In this document: positions 37,746 through 48,202 of the stretch, in pieces
How positions within the stretch are numbered: the first letter of the stretch is position 1
Layout of the letters: the number at the start of each line of letters is the position of its first letter
Assembly: GCA_964580285.1 (NCBI GenBank)
Contig: CAZOKB010000003.1
Location: forward strand, 31,403 to 95,402
DNA from: an uncultured Bdellovibrionales bacterium
Lineage (GTDB): Bacteria; Patescibacteriota; Minisyncoccia; Moranbacterales; UBA1568
Reading direction: 5' to 3'
Length of the DNA: 64,000 bases
Translations under genes and position numbers: made by a program
Notes under the pieces: model-generated
The model's input: only the letters and a program-made list of their open reading frames with translations
What the model was told of the DNA's origin: nothing
Database searches by the model: none

Positions 37746-39563
37746 ATGTTTCGTATCCTCCTTGCCTGTATCATTGTCCTCTACCTCGGCTTCGGCACTT
37801 TTCAGCTCGGCCACTTCATCACGGCCGATGAACACTACTGGATATATGAACGCATCCCTGCCTACTTCGATGCTGTATACCACGGTGCATGGAAAAAAAC
37901 CTTGGTGAGTGACAAGCCTGGCATCACCCTGGCCTTAGTTTCTGGCCCAGCCCTTTTTTTCTTCGAAGATCCTTCCTCCCTCTGCACCGAACACCCTGAT
38001 CGCTCGCTCACCTGTGATACGCAACAATCCACGGCCCTTCTGTTCGCGTTTCGTCTCCCTCTCCTACTCATCAACGCCTTACTCATTGTTCTCTTAGCGC
38101 TTGTCATGCGTCGCCTCACCGATGCGCCTATCGCCCTCACTGCCACCACTCTGATCGCTACCGCTCCCATTCTCCTCGGCATCTCTCAGATCTCGAATCC
38201 CGATGCCCTGCTCTGGTCGACTGGATCTCTGGCTCTCTTTACCTATCTTGCCTGGCTCAAAACCGAAGAAAAAAAATACCTCCTCTTTTCGATACTCGCC
38301 TTTGGCTTTGCCCTGCTTTCTAAATATGCCGCACTCGCTTTACTCCTCTTTTTCTTTTTCGCCCTTCTACTCTTCTTTGTTTTTGAAACCTCCCTTGAAA
38401 CCCCCGGCTTGGCTCGTTCCTTTCGTACACACCTCCTGGCTTGGCTCGCGCTCCTCCTGGGTGCCTCCCTCATTTTCCTGCTCTTCCTGCCAGCCACCTA
38501 CACCCACACGAGTAGTTTTCTAAAAGTACTCGGGGCAGGCCTCCCTCATTTTCCTTCTTTTCTGTTATGGATAGCCGGCGGCGGATTCGCCATACTACTC
38601 GGTGATACGTTTCTCAATCACAACCGCGGCCTCCTCTTGTTCCGCGCCTTCTGGAAAAAATATCCGCAGGCAGGGCTTCATCCCTTTCCTCTCATTGCAC
38701 TCACCCTGGTTCTCCTGGGTGCTCATTGGTTCACTCCTCACTGGTCTCTTTTTTCTACCATTCCCTTCGATATCAAGGATCTCACCAATGCTCGCTACTA
38801 CACCGCACCGCTCAACTTTTATGAAAAGCTTCTCCTCGAATGGTCTCCCTTCATCTTCTCGCTCACCCCACTCACCTTCATCGGCCTCATCTTGGCCTGG
38901 CTCCCAGAACGCATCAAAAAAAATGTGGCGTATCGATTTGAAATCAACACCCTTTCTTTGATTATCATTTACTATATCCTTGCCCTGATCGCCGCCAATA
39001 CTCTGGCTACCCCACGCTACCTCATTCTGCTCTATCCGCTCGCCGCCTTCATTGCTGCTATCGGACTCGTACAAACCATACGGGTCTTGAGTCAACATTC
39101 CGAGCGTCTACTCTCTTCTGTATGGCCATGGGGATTACTCCTGGTGTCCCTCGTACCCCTCTTCTCCTCACGCCCCTACTTTCTCAGTTATGCCAATGCC
39201 CTCCTCCCGGCTCACTTTGCTTTCGCTGATGCCTGGGGGCAGGGCGGCGCGGCGGCGGCTGATTACTTAAACTCACTCCCCGATGCCGAACACCTGACTG
39301 TGTGGTCTGATTATTACGGCGTTTGCGAATTTTTTGTTGGTCGCTGTCTCACTGCCTATACCTTTGATCCCGTCCTCATTCATCCGGACTACTATGTGCT
39401 CACTCGCCGAGGTCAGATTCGCTTCCTGTCACGCGCGGATCGCTGGGAACGCCTCTCTGGACTCCAAGCTGCTGATTACTACACACGCTCCGATCCCGAC
39501 TGGCAGCTCTTCATTCAAAAGAAACCCGATAACTTCGTAAAAGTATTCCGGGTCACCTACTAA
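37746..39563 (+). CDS. GT-C fold glycosyltransferase, tandem paralog
   Basis: TADE..W, DKPGIT, SNPD, LLSKY, WGQG...AADYLN. Confidence 0.8.
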   Translation: MFRILLACIIVLYLGFGTFQLGHFITADEHYWIYERIPAYFDAVYHGAWKKTLVSDKPGITLALVSGPALFFFEDPSSLCTEHPDRSLTCDTQQSTALLFAFRLPLLLINALLIVLLALVMRRLTDAPIALTATTLIATAPILLGISQISNPDALLWSTGSLALFTYLAWLKTEEKKYLLFSILAFGFALLSKYAALALLLFFFFALLLFFVFETSLETPGLARSFRTHLLAWLALLLGASLIFLLFLPATYTHTSSFLKVLGAGLPHFPSFLLWIAGGGFAILLGDTFLNHNRGLLLFRAFWKKYPQAGLHPFPLIALTLVLLGAHWFTPHWSLFSTIPFDIKDLTNARYYTAPLNFYEKLLLEWSPFIFSLTPLTFIGLILAWLPERIKKNVAYRFEINTLSLIIIYYILALIAANTLATPRYLILLYPLAAFIAAIGLVQTIRVLSQHSERLLSSVWPWGLLLVSLVPLFSSRPYFLSYANALLPAHFAFADAWGQGGAAAADYLNSLPDAEHLTVWSDYYGVCEFFVGRCLTAYTFDPVLIHPDYYVLTRRGQIRFLSRADRWERLSGLQAADYYTRSDPDWQLFIQKKPDNFVKVFRVTY

Positions 39564-39578
39564 TCTGTTCTGCCATAG

Positions 39579-39609
39579 AAAAAAGGATGGCTACCCATCC
39601 TTTTTTTTT
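39579..39609. terminator. bidirectional terminator
   Basis: AAAAAAGGATGG-CTAC-CCATCCTTTTTT. Confidence 0.8.
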
Positions 39610-39651
39610 CATACCCATTTGTTTCTGCTACGAAGTGCTTTTAGAAAAACA

Positions 39652-40503
39652 CTATTGGAGAGCCTTCTCCACCACTGGAGCCATATCTTTGTAGCTATAG
39701 GCGCCACCAAAATTCGTAGTATTCACAAAAAAGCTTGGTGTCCCCTTGAAACCAAATTGCTGAGCAATCGCCATATCGCTCGTCAGACGATCCTTATATT
39801 TTCCGCTTTCGAGGCAAGCTTTCATGTCATCAGCCTTCACCGCGCTCTTCAAGAAGTCCGCCATGTCTCCGGCCTTAGCAACATCATTCTTCACCTGCTC
39901 ATTCATAAGTTTGAAGCCCGCTTCTGACATCAGAAGATCGTGTACTTCCCAAAATTTCCCCTTCTCTTTGGCACAGTAGAGAGCTTGCGTACCGAGCTCA
40001 CCATTACCATGCCCATTGGCATAGAGCCACACAAAAGCTGCTTTACCCGCATCTACCAATTTCTTCATTTCCGGTACGGGCGGAAGATACGTGCCTCCAT
40101 CCTTCGCCATCGTAAACTGGGCTCCTGCCTGCTTATTCAGGTTAGGATTCTTTCCGCTGGCCACGTGACAATACGGGCAGCTCGGATCACTGAACTCCAC
40201 GAAGAGCACCTTGCTGTCCTTTTTCCCAAAGGTGATATTTTTCTCCGTAAAGAGTGCTTTCACCTGATCCAGAGTCACTTTAGCAGCGTCTCCCGGCTGG
40301 GCTGCCGCCTGGTCTGCTGTTGTATTAGCAGTGGTGGCTACCGACTTCACTACTTTAGTGGAAATATAGGCCAAGGTACCAGAGATAATAAGGCAACCCA
40401 AGAGCACCGCGCCCGCAATTGTTAACGCGTCCTTGCTGGCCGACATCGATTCAACGGTTGTGACCTTCGGCGTTGTCTGGCTCTCCGTCTGATTTTCTTC
40501 CAT
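39652..40503 (-). CDS. DsbA-family thiol-disulfide oxidoreductase
   Basis: N-terminal TM, EFSDPSCPYC, GTPSFFVN..GA. Confidence 0.9.
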   Translation of the reverse strand: MEENQTESQTTPKVTTVESMSASKDALTIAGAVLLGCLIISGTLAYISTKVVKSVATTANTTADQAAAQPGDAAKVTLDQVKALFTEKNITFGKKDSKVLFVEFSDPSCPYCHVASGKNPNLNKQAGAQFTMAKDGGTYLPPVPEMKKLVDAGKAAFVWLYANGHGNGELGTQALYCAKEKGKFWEVHDLLMSEAGFKLMNEQVKNDVAKAGDMADFLKSAVKADDMKACLESGKYKDRLTSDMAIAQQFGFKGTPSFFVNTTNFGGAYSYKDMAPVVEKALQ

Positions 40504-40607
40504 ACTTTTCCGTTAAGACTGATTACTTGGGACAGTATACCTTAATTTCCGGGATGATAAAAGACCATCCTTTTGGATGGCCTTTTGTTGCTCTATCAAA
40601 GCATTAC

Positions 40608-42395
40608 CTACTTCTTCCGGCCAGCACGGACACGATCAGTCTCGGTGAGGAGTTGCTTGCGGAGCCGAGTAGAAAGCGGTGTCACCTCAAGGTATTCATC
40701 CTCATTCATAATTTCGAGTGCACGCTCAATTGTGAGCTCCCACGGCGGTGTGAGCTTAATGGCTTCATCAGCACCGGATGAACGCATATTGCTCATAGCC
40801 TTCCCCTTGATCGGATTCACAGCCATATCCGCTCCCTTAATGGCGTTGCCCACCACCATACCCTCATACACCTCGGTACTCGGTGCGATATAGAGCGTAC
40901 CGCGCTCCTGCAAATTGTTGAGCGAGAAAGCCAGCGCCTTGCCGGTAGCCATCGAGATCATCGAGCCAACATCGCGGTGCTTAATATCTCCAGCATACGG
41001 TCGAAAACCGAGCACTCGAGAATACAGCGTCCCTTCCCCTTTGGTATCAATCGTGAATTCACCTCGATAGCCGAGGAGTCCGCGTGTCGGCACTTCAAAA
41101 ATCAACCGTTGATATCCGCCCGAACCCTCTTTCATTTCCATCATCACGCCCTTACGCTTCCCGAGCTTCTCAATCACGCTCCCGGTAACCTCCATCGGGC
41201 ATTCCACTGTTACTTCCTCGTACGGTTCGGATTTCTCTCCGTCTACTTCCTTGATAATCACCTGTGGTTGAGACACCTGCACTTCATACCCTTCCCGGCG
41301 CATGTTCTCCAAGAGAATCGCTACGTGGAGCTCACCCCGACCATACACTTTATACGAGCCATCAAAAAAATCAATCTTGAGGCCGACATTGATTTCGAGT
41401 TCTTTTTCCAAGCGTTCACGCAGCTGCTTATTGGTCACGAACTTACCTTCACGGCCCGCAAAAGGTGAGTCATTCACCAAAAAATTGAGCGAGATCGTTG
41501 GTTCATCAATCGCAATAGCCGGCAGATTGTCTTGTTCCGGAGAAAACGCAATCGTATCACCAATCTCAACGGTCGGGAATCCAGCAATCATGACAATATC
41601 ACCCGCCTCTACCTCGGTAGCCTCTACGCGCTCCATGCCTCGGAAGGTAAAGAGTTTGACTACCCGCGCCTGATCACACTTGCCGCTGGCGTTCTTGATA
41701 TACACCGGATCATTCACTTTCATCTTCCCCTCATACATGCGGGCAATAGCCAAACGGCCAACAAAATTATCGTACCCCAGATTAAATGGCTGCGCGCGCA
41801 GTGGCTTATCCGTTTCATGACCAGCCGGTTCAATGCGCTCAATAATCGTATCCAAGAGCGGATCCAGGTTCTTCCGCTCATCGTTCAGTTCGTGCATAGC
41901 CACGCCTTCACGGCCAATCGCATACACGACCGGAAACTCCAGCTGCTCATCGGTTGCTCCAAGATCCAAAAAGAGTTCGAAGACCATTTCTTTCACCTCT
42001 TCTGGCCGAGCTGCTGGCTTATCAATCTTATTGAGCACCACAATCGGCTTAAGGCCCAGTTCCAAAGACTTCTTGAGGACAAAGCGCGTCTGCGGCATCG
42101 GTCCTTCTTGAGCATCGACCACGAGAATCACATCATCAATCGAACGCAGTACCCGCTCTACTTCCGAACCGAAGTCGGCATGCCCTGGGGTATCCACGAT
42201 ATTGATCTTGGTATCTTTATAAAAAATCGAGCCATTCTTGGCATAAATCGTAATCCCTCGTTCCCGCTCCAGGGCATTCGAGTCCATCGAAACGCTCTCG
42301 TCCGATACCATGCCGGTCTGACGCATCAAGGCATCCGTTAGCGTGGTCTTACCATGGTCAACGTGAGCGATGATAGCGATATTGCGAGTTTCCAT
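40608..42395 (-). CDS. typA: translational GTPase TypA/BipA
   Basis: [57 protein letters not shown]. Confidence 0.98.
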   Translation of the reverse strand: METRNIAIIAHVDHGKTTLTDALMRQTGMVSDESVSMDSNALERERGITIYAKNGSIFYKDTKINIVDTPGHADFGSEVERVLRSIDDVILVVDAQEGPMPQTRFVLKKSLELGLKPIVVLNKIDKPAARPEEVKEMVFELFLDLGATDEQLEFPVVYAIGREGVAMHELNDERKNLDPLLDTIIERIEPAGHETDKPLRAQPFNLGYDNFVGRLAIARMYEGKMKVNDPVYIKNASGKCDQARVVKLFTFRGMERVEATEVEAGDIVMIAGFPTVEIGDTIAFSPEQDNLPAIAIDEPTISLNFLVNDSPFAGREGKFVTNKQLRERLEKELEINVGLKIDFFDGSYKVYGRGELHVAILLENMRREGYEVQVSQPQVIIKEVDGEKSEPYEEVTVECPMEVTGSVIEKLGKRKGVMMEMKEGSGGYQRLIFEVPTRGLLGYRGEFTIDTKGEGTLYSRVLGFRPYAGDIKHRDVGSMISMATGKALAFSLNNLQERGTLYIAPSTEVYEGMVVGNAIKGADMAVNPIKGKAMSNMRSSGADEAIKLTPPWELTIERALEIMNEDEYLEVTPLSTRLRKQLLTETDRVRAGRKK

Positions 42396-42572
42396 ACGTA
42401 GCGAAGATTATGTAACAAAAAAGAGTCCAAAAAAAGGCGTCACCGCCTTATCACTTTGCCCATCTAGTATACCGATTTTTCATCTCTCGGTCAACCCTCT
42501 GTATACACCCTCGTTCGAGAAAAGAAAAAGCGCTGACCAAGGATTCTGGTCAACGCTGCTGGCCCAAAAAGC

Positions 42573-43019
42573 TCAGTGGGGCTGCTTCACCGCCGCAGAA
42601 GGGAAAAGCGTGTAGGCAATGAGTGCTGAAAGCCCCAGGGCCTCGTCTAGAAACCAGTCACGCTGATCTCGTGAATATTCCCAAAAAGAGTTCTCGAAAA
42701 ACATCTGAGCAGTTTCAAAAAAGCACTGTCCACTCTCCGAAAGCACTCCTTCCACGGATTCAGAACGGAATACCGAAAGCTCTTCCTGGGACTCAAAAAT
42801 CGCCGAGACAATAGTTTCCAGATTTTCGTCTTTCACTAAATCGAGCTCGATCGAAGCATCAAGAAATTTACCGACTATACCAAGAAATACTATCAAGCTC
42901 TCCGGAATATCCCCGTATCCTTTCCTGGGTTCCCAGGGTATCTTCATCCGCTGCATGAGGGCATTGATAATGTGCCGACTCGAGTCGTGCACAAACACCA
43001 CTCCGATACTGGTTCTCAT
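42573..43019 (-). CDS. hypothetical acidic protein (orphan cassette)
   Basis: AGGAG RBS, downstream hairpin at about 42525-42556. Confidence 0.6.
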   Translation of the reverse strand: MRTSIGVVFVHDSSRHIINALMQRMKIPWEPRKGYGDIPESLIVFLGIVGKFLDASIELDLVKDENLETIVSAIFESQEELSVFRSESVEGVLSESGQCFFETAQMFFENSFWEYSRDQRDWFLDEALGLSALIAYTLFPSAAVKQPH

Positions 43020-43546
43020 GGGTTTCTCCTTCTCTTTCTAAAGTTCTAAAGGACTGAACCATACATACTGGGAGAAACTTGACGATTTGTCAAGTTCTTT
43101 TTATTCGTTCCAATCTCTGGATATTAGTTTTGTTGCTCATTCGAAACTCTCGGGTCACCCTCGATACTATGAGCTTGATGCGGAAGAGGAGATTCGGTCA
43201 CAGATAATCCGTTCGCCGTCGCGACCGGATTTCCGCGACCCCGACCGCGGTTCGACGTGCTTGTCGAACATCGCTCCGTCTTTCTCATCCCTCACGGAAG
43301 TGAAGCCCTGCCTGCCGGTAGGCAAGAGTTGATTTCCTCTCTTTCTCCGTTCACTCCATTCACTGCGGGCGTCATCGGTCTAGAACTTTGAGAAATCAAG
43401 CCGTTGAGGGATTTCTTGGAGGTCTTGGCCGACGGGTGAATTGGACTGCTCGGGTCGCGGTTTGGGGGGGGTAAAACGAGACAAATGAGACACAGGACAG
43501 ACCTTGTCTCATTTTAACATTTGAGACAGTAATATGTCTCGTTTAA

Positions 43547-44122
43547 TCAATTGATGACAATCTTCCCTCGCATCTCCATATGCCCCTCTCCACACCAGAC
43601 CGAGCAGAAAAACTCAAATGTGCCTACCTTGCTAGCCACAAACTCCACAACCGCTCCATCTTCAGGAACATCTTGGTTCACTCCTAGATCAGGAATAACA
43701 AGACCGTGCTTCACATCGGCGTTATGGATGATGAGTCTTACCAGTTCACCTTTCTTGGCGGTAATAGTGGCAGGCTCCCACACATATTGTCTTGCTCCCA
43801 TATGGATAGTACGTTCCGTTCTTCCATTGACGACTTCCGTGCTCGGAGAAGGGAAACTTTCGAAATCTGATGACTTCTCCTTCGAAAGAAGATCGGGAGG
43901 AGAAGTTTTTGGAACAATCGACGTCTGGTCGCTACTCGAGGAACTACTTTCTAGTTTTTCGGTTACTTGTTGACTTATAGAAGGGGTCTCTGATATTCGT
44001 GTTTCTTTTGAAGACTGAGGAGATTCATCGGTATTTTTGGAAGATAGCGATTTATAAACCCACCATGAAACACCCTCCATAAGAGCGAAAATGACAACAA
44101 AAATGACGATGATTTTCTTCAT
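43547..44122 (-). CDS. cupredoxin-domain protein (CuA/COX2-like)
   Basis: DVKHG, FEFFCSVWCGEGHMEMRG; N-terminal TM. Confidence 0.88.
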   Translation of the reverse strand: MKKIIVIFVVIFALMEGVSWWVYKSLSSKNTDESPQSSKETRISETPSISQQVTEKLESSSSSSDQTSIVPKTSPPDLLSKEKSSDFESFPSPSTEVVNGRTERTIHMGARQYVWEPATITAKKGELVRLIIHNADVKHGLVIPDLGVNQDVPEDGAVVEFVASKVGTFEFFCSVWCGEGHMEMRGKIVIN

Positions 44123-44142
44123 AGCACTTATCTCGGCTAGAC

Positions 44143-46239
44143 CTAGAGTTCCGATTCAACTCTTTTAAGCAATACCGCATTCGTTGCAACAATGATAGAT
44201 GAAACACTCATGAGAAGAGCCGCAAATTCTGGCCGAAGCATAATGCCAAAATTTGGATACAAAATTCCACCGGCGACCGGTATGGCGAGAATATTGTAGA
44301 TCGAAGCCCAAAAAAGATTTTGCTTCATCTTGCGAACGGTCGCCTTACTTAGGGTTATGGCTCGGAGTATATCCATTGGATCAGACTTCATTAGTACCAC
44401 TTTCGCTGTCTCGATCGCGACATCCGTACCGGCACCAATTGCAATACCGACATCCGACTGAGCCAATGCTGGAGCATCATTAATGCCGTCTCCTACCATC
44501 GCTGTAAATTTCCCTTCCTTTTGGAGTGATTCAACATAGCGAGCTTTGTCTTCAGGGAAGACTTCCGCAAACAGGCGGCCGATGCCCAGCTTTTTTCCAA
44601 TGACCTCAACCGTTTTCTGATTGTCGCCACTAATAAGGGCTACTTCGATCCCGAGCTGCTTCATCCCATCAATAGCCTGTTTGGCTGTTGCCTTGATGGG
44701 ATCAGTGACCACGATGGCACCAGCTGCTTTTTTATCGACGGCTATGAACATGAGTGTTTTCCCTTCAGCCTCAAGCGGCTTTACCCGCACCTCGATACCT
44801 CCCAAGGGAACGTTTCGAAGAGCTAGAAGCTTCCGCGTCCCGATCGATACCGCTTGCCCATCGATCCGAGCCTCGATACCGTGTCCGGCGAGAGACAGGA
44901 AGTTCTCTACCGTCTGCGTCAAAGCGATTCCTCTCGATTCCGCCTCGCCGATAATCGCTCGCGCGAGCGGATGATTGGAACGCATTTCCGTTACCGCAGC
45001 CACAGCAAGCAATTGTTCCTCTGAGAAACCGTTAGAGACAATCACATCTGTTACTTTCGGCTTTCCTTCAGTGAGCGTACCAGTTTTGTCGAGTACGATG
45101 GCCTGGATCTTTGAAACCTGTTCAAGAGTCGGGGCATCTTTGATGAGGATATTATGCTTGGCACCAAGACCCGTTCCTACCGCTACGGCAGTCGGAGTTG
45201 CTAATCCCAGCGCGTCCGGACAGGCAATTACAACCGTAGCAATCGCGAAGGAGAGCGCCAAGAGAAATGGTGAGCCGACGATAAAATACCAGATAATAAA
45301 AACAAGGAGGCCCGACCCGATAGCTCCGATGACTAAGTATTTTGCGAACCTATCGGCGATTCTTTGCCCAGGGGACTTTGAGTTCTGAGCTGTTTCTACC
45401 AATTTCATGATCTGCGCGAGAGCTGTTTCATCACCCACCTTCGTGGCTCGGAAACGGAGTGAACCGTTCTGATTGATGGAGCCGCCCACGACAACATCAC
45501 CTGGTTTTTTTGTCACCGGAAGGGATTCTCCCGTTACCAACGATTCATCAACGGCCGATTCTCCTTCGGATACTTCGCCGTCCACCGGTATCTTGTCACC
45601 AGGCTTCAAAAGGAGCATATCTCCCACTTTGACTTCGCTGGTCGGCACAAGCTCTTCTTTGTCATCACGAATGATACGAGCTTGAGGAGGCACAAGGTTG
45701 AGGATGGCTCTCAGTGCGTCTGTTGTTCCTCGACGGGATTTCATTTCCATCCAGTGACCAAAAAGGACGAAGGTGATAAGCATGGCCGCCGCTTCGTAAT
45801 AGGAATCAGTGCCACCGATCAGAGTCAGCAAAACACTGAAGCCATAGGCTGCCGTGATACCAACCGCAATAAGCACGGCCATGTTCAGGGTCCTATTCTT
45901 CAACGCAAAATACGTCGAGTAGAGGAAAATCCAACCAGAATAAAAGAAGACTGGCGTGGTAAGAAGGAAAAGAAGCCACGGCAGCGGGAGTGGAGACGGA
46001 AGATTGAGACCAAGAAATTCTGTACCGAGGGGCGAGTAGAGAATGATCGGTATGGTGAATATGAGTGCGAAGAAGAACTTGCTTCGAATGTCTATTTCCA
46101 TGAGGCGAGCCATTTCCCGTCCGGCCAGTCCGGTATGATCCATGCCCATGGTCATCGACATGCTCATTTTGAACTTCGCCCAAAAACCCATCTGAGTCAT
46201 GTCATGAGGAACATGACCAGCGTGTTGACTATGATCCAT
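44143..46239 (-). CDS. copper-translocating P1B-type ATPase (CPD variant, His/Met-rich N-terminus)
   Basis: [35 protein letters not shown] and MSVSS. Confidence 0.93.
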   Translation of the reverse strand: MDHSQHAGHVPHDMTQMGFWAKFKMSMSMTMGMDHTGLAGREMARLMEIDIRSKFFFALIFTIPIILYSPLGTEFLGLNLPSPLPLPWLLFLLTTPVFFYSGWIFLYSTYFALKNRTLNMAVLIAVGITAAYGFSVLLTLIGGTDSYYEAAAMLITFVLFGHWMEMKSRRGTTDALRAILNLVPPQARIIRDDKEELVPTSEVKVGDMLLLKPGDKIPVDGEVSEGESAVDESLVTGESLPVTKKPGDVVVGGSINQNGSLRFRATKVGDETALAQIMKLVETAQNSKSPGQRIADRFAKYLVIGAIGSGLLVFIIWYFIVGSPFLLALSFAIATVVIACPDALGLATPTAVAVGTGLGAKHNILIKDAPTLEQVSKIQAIVLDKTGTLTEGKPKVTDVIVSNGFSEEQLLAVAAVTEMRSNHPLARAIIGEAESRGIALTQTVENFLSLAGHGIEARIDGQAVSIGTRKLLALRNVPLGGIEVRVKPLEAEGKTLMFIAVDKKAAGAIVVTDPIKATAKQAIDGMKQLGIEVALISGDNQKTVEVIGKKLGIGRLFAEVFPEDKARYVESLQKEGKFTAMVGDGINDAPALAQSDVGIAIGAGTDVAIETAKVVLMKSDPMDILRAITLSKATVRKMKQNLFWASIYNILAIPVAGGILYPNFGIMLRPEFAALLMSVSSIIVATNAVLLKRVESEL

Positions 46240-46241
46240 AA

Positions 46242-46448
46242 TTATTTATGTTCACTATTATGCCCATGACCCTTATGCATGAATAAGTGCATCAGCGGAC
46301 ACAAGAGAAGAACCAGGTACGGCAGTACTGAAAAGACATGCGACGTATGATTTCTTAAAAGAAATACTAGTCCGACCAAACCAATAATCAAAATAACTAG
46401 CCATGTCTTTCGAGAAAATGTTTCGGTCTGTTCCATACATTTGAACAA
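46242..46448 (-). CDS. DUF2933-family protein
   Basis: LPYL.LLLCPLMHLFMH.GHGH. Confidence 0.85.
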   Translation of the reverse strand: MFKCMEQTETFSRKTWLVILIIGLVGLVFLLRNHTSHVFSVLPYLVLLLCPLMHLFMHKGHGHNSEHK

Positions 46449-46453
46449 AGGAA

Positions 46454-46675
46454 TTACACAAGCTCTCCGCGCTTCTCAAGCATCATATGGTGAATCGTCC
46501 CTACTTGAAGCCAGATGGCGATGAGAATGAGAATCCCGGCACACAGCAGAGCATCTATTTTTGTGATCCCAAAAACTCTATTATCGGCACCACCCAGTAC
46601 TGCCGCCAAGAATGAAATGACTCCCACAAAGCCCACCATAACACTGACAACATGCATTAATTTTGATAGCTTCAT
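46454..46675 (-). CDS. small two-TM membrane protein
   Basis: hydrophobic hairpin, in operon. Confidence 0.7.
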   Translation of the reverse strand: MKLSKLMHVVSVMVGFVGVISFLAAVLGGADNRVFGITKIDALLCAGILILIAIWLQVGTIHHMMLEKRGELV

Positions 46676-46693
46676 ATTTTTGAATTGATTGGT

Positions 46694-47086
46694 TTATAAA
46701 AGAGAATCGACCACTTTCTTGAGTTTTGCTTCAACTTCAACCGCAATGCCAGATAGAGTGGGGTTTTCGATCATACTCATAGCCACTGTCGGAAGAACTG
46801 CCGATACAAATATTTTTCCGCCTTCTTCATACACGATAACATTGCAGGGCAAAAAGAGTCCTATTTCTTTTTCACTTTTTAGAGCCTGGAAAGCGAATGG
46901 CGGATTGCACGCCCCGAGAATAAGGTAATTTTCATACTCAACGTCCAGTTTTTTCTTGAGTGTCGCCTTCACATCGATTTCCGTAAGTACGCCAAACCCC
47001 TCCTTTGAGAGCTCTGCTTTCACTTTTGAAACCGCATCAACAAAAGAAAGAGATACTTCACGCTTATACCCGTATTTCATAGTCAT
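46694..47086 (-). CDS. DUF302-family protein
   Basis: GFGVLTEIDV..TLKKKL, ILGACNP, IGL.LPCNVIV. Confidence 0.92.
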   Translation of the reverse strand: MTMKYGYKREVSLSFVDAVSKVKAELSKEGFGVLTEIDVKATLKKKLDVEYENYLILGACNPPFAFQALKSEKEIGLFLPCNVIVYEEGGKIFVSAVLPTVAMSMIENPTLSGIAVEVEAKLKKVVDSLL

Positions 47087-47090
47087 TACG

Positions 47091-47339
47091 TTACGAGTTA
47101 AGATCTTTTTTCTTCGACTCAAATTCCTCCTTATCTATTTCCCCCTTGGCGTAGCGCTCCTTCAGGATATCTAATGCTGTGTTACTACCCCTCCTCCCTT
47201 CCGATCCTTGATTGGCAAGCCACTGAACGAAGGCGATGATGCCCCAAATAATGAACGCCCAAAAGGCAATCATTATGATCCATCCAAAAATCATTCCGAA
47301 TGATCCCAACCCGTATCCATAACCCCAGTTACCCATCAT
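47091..47339 (-). CDS. SHOCT-domain membrane protein
   Basis: Gly/Met/Tyr-rich N-terminus, [19 protein letters not shown]. Confidence 0.9.
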   Translation of the reverse strand: MMGNWGYGYGLGSFGMIFGWIIMIAFWAFIIWGIIAFVQWLANQGSEGRRGSNTALDILKERYAKGEIDKEEFESKKKDLNS

Positions 47340-47363
47340 ATGTCTTCACCTCCTTTCTTATGG

Positions 47364-47627
47364 TTACTTGTCATACGATTTCACCAATTCGATTATTTCT
47401 TCAAGCAACTTCTTTGATAGCTTGCTCTTTTTCAACTGAGAAGCGCTCTTGAGCCTTTCTTCAACATAACTCTGGATAATCCTTCTCTGGACGCTCCGCA
47501 GAAGCCCGAGAATCGCTGCATTCATCTGAAGCAAATCAATCGGTGGTCTTTTTTCTTCTAGCATCATAAGGACTTTCCGAATGTTGCTCGAGGCTTTTTT
47601 CAAACTGATTAGTACCTTCTTGTCCAT
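47364..47627 (-). CDS. CsoR/RcnR-like regulator lacking metal ligands
   Basis: LKKA....KV..M.E....ID.LQ...A..GLL.S helical pattern but no Cys/His. Confidence 0.6.
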   Translation of the reverse strand: MDKKVLISLKKASSNIRKVLMMLEEKRPPIDLLQMNAAILGLLRSVQRRIIQSYVEERLKSASQLKKSKLSKKLLEEIIELVKSYDK

Positions 47628-47643
47628 ATTTGAGCCATCAGAA

Positions 47644-48189
47644 TTATTCTGAAACCGGTGCATACTGCTCCTGATATTTCAGAGGATTAACGACACAATA
47701 CGCCTGCTGCGTTCGTCCCTTTATCAGGACGTACAGAGACACAGATAGAAGAATAATGGCCACAAAGGAAAGCTCTACGCCTCTAAAGGGTAGGTAGGCA
47801 GCGGCACCGCCGAATCCCAAAAGAGCCAGAATCGGCAGACCACAACTTGCACAACCGCTTCCGACTATCCCAAGTACAGAACTCCCGCCTATGGCTAGGT
47901 GCATTTTTCCAGAAGACCGTATCGTCCGAAGTCGCTCAAGCATGAACACAAAATTCAGACCGGTAAGCGTCGCGACCGTTATAAGCAAGATCAGACTGAA
48001 CGTACTCATAGCCGTCCACATGCCAACGAGCAGCGCGATGAGGATATCTACTCGATAATCAAACGAGTGTACGCCAAAGAGCGCATCCTTTACCAGCCCG
48101 GCATTCATGAGATACACAGTCGCTATGACATAGAGTACCGCGATTGTGGCTGCCGGAAGAATTACTTGTAAAGACCAGACACGTCTCAT
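47644..48189 (-). CDS. membrane protein with CxxC
   Basis: GSGCASCG within a multi-TM protein, follows dsbA. Confidence 0.75.
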   Translation of the reverse strand: MRRVWSLQVILPAATIAVLYVIATVYLMNAGLVKDALFGVHSFDYRVDILIALLVGMWTAMSTFSLILLITVATLTGLNFVFMLERLRTIRSSGKMHLAIGGSSVLGIVGSGCASCGLPILALLGFGGAAAYLPFRGVELSFVAIILLSVSLYVLIKGRTQQAYCVVNPLKYQEQYAPVSE

Positions 48190-48202
48190 AGACTATTCTT
48201 CC

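Noticed and set aside
35831-39563. Extreme C/T-rich sense strand with long antisense ORFs
   Set aside because: Explained by Leu/Phe-rich transmembrane coding in the GT-C paralogs.
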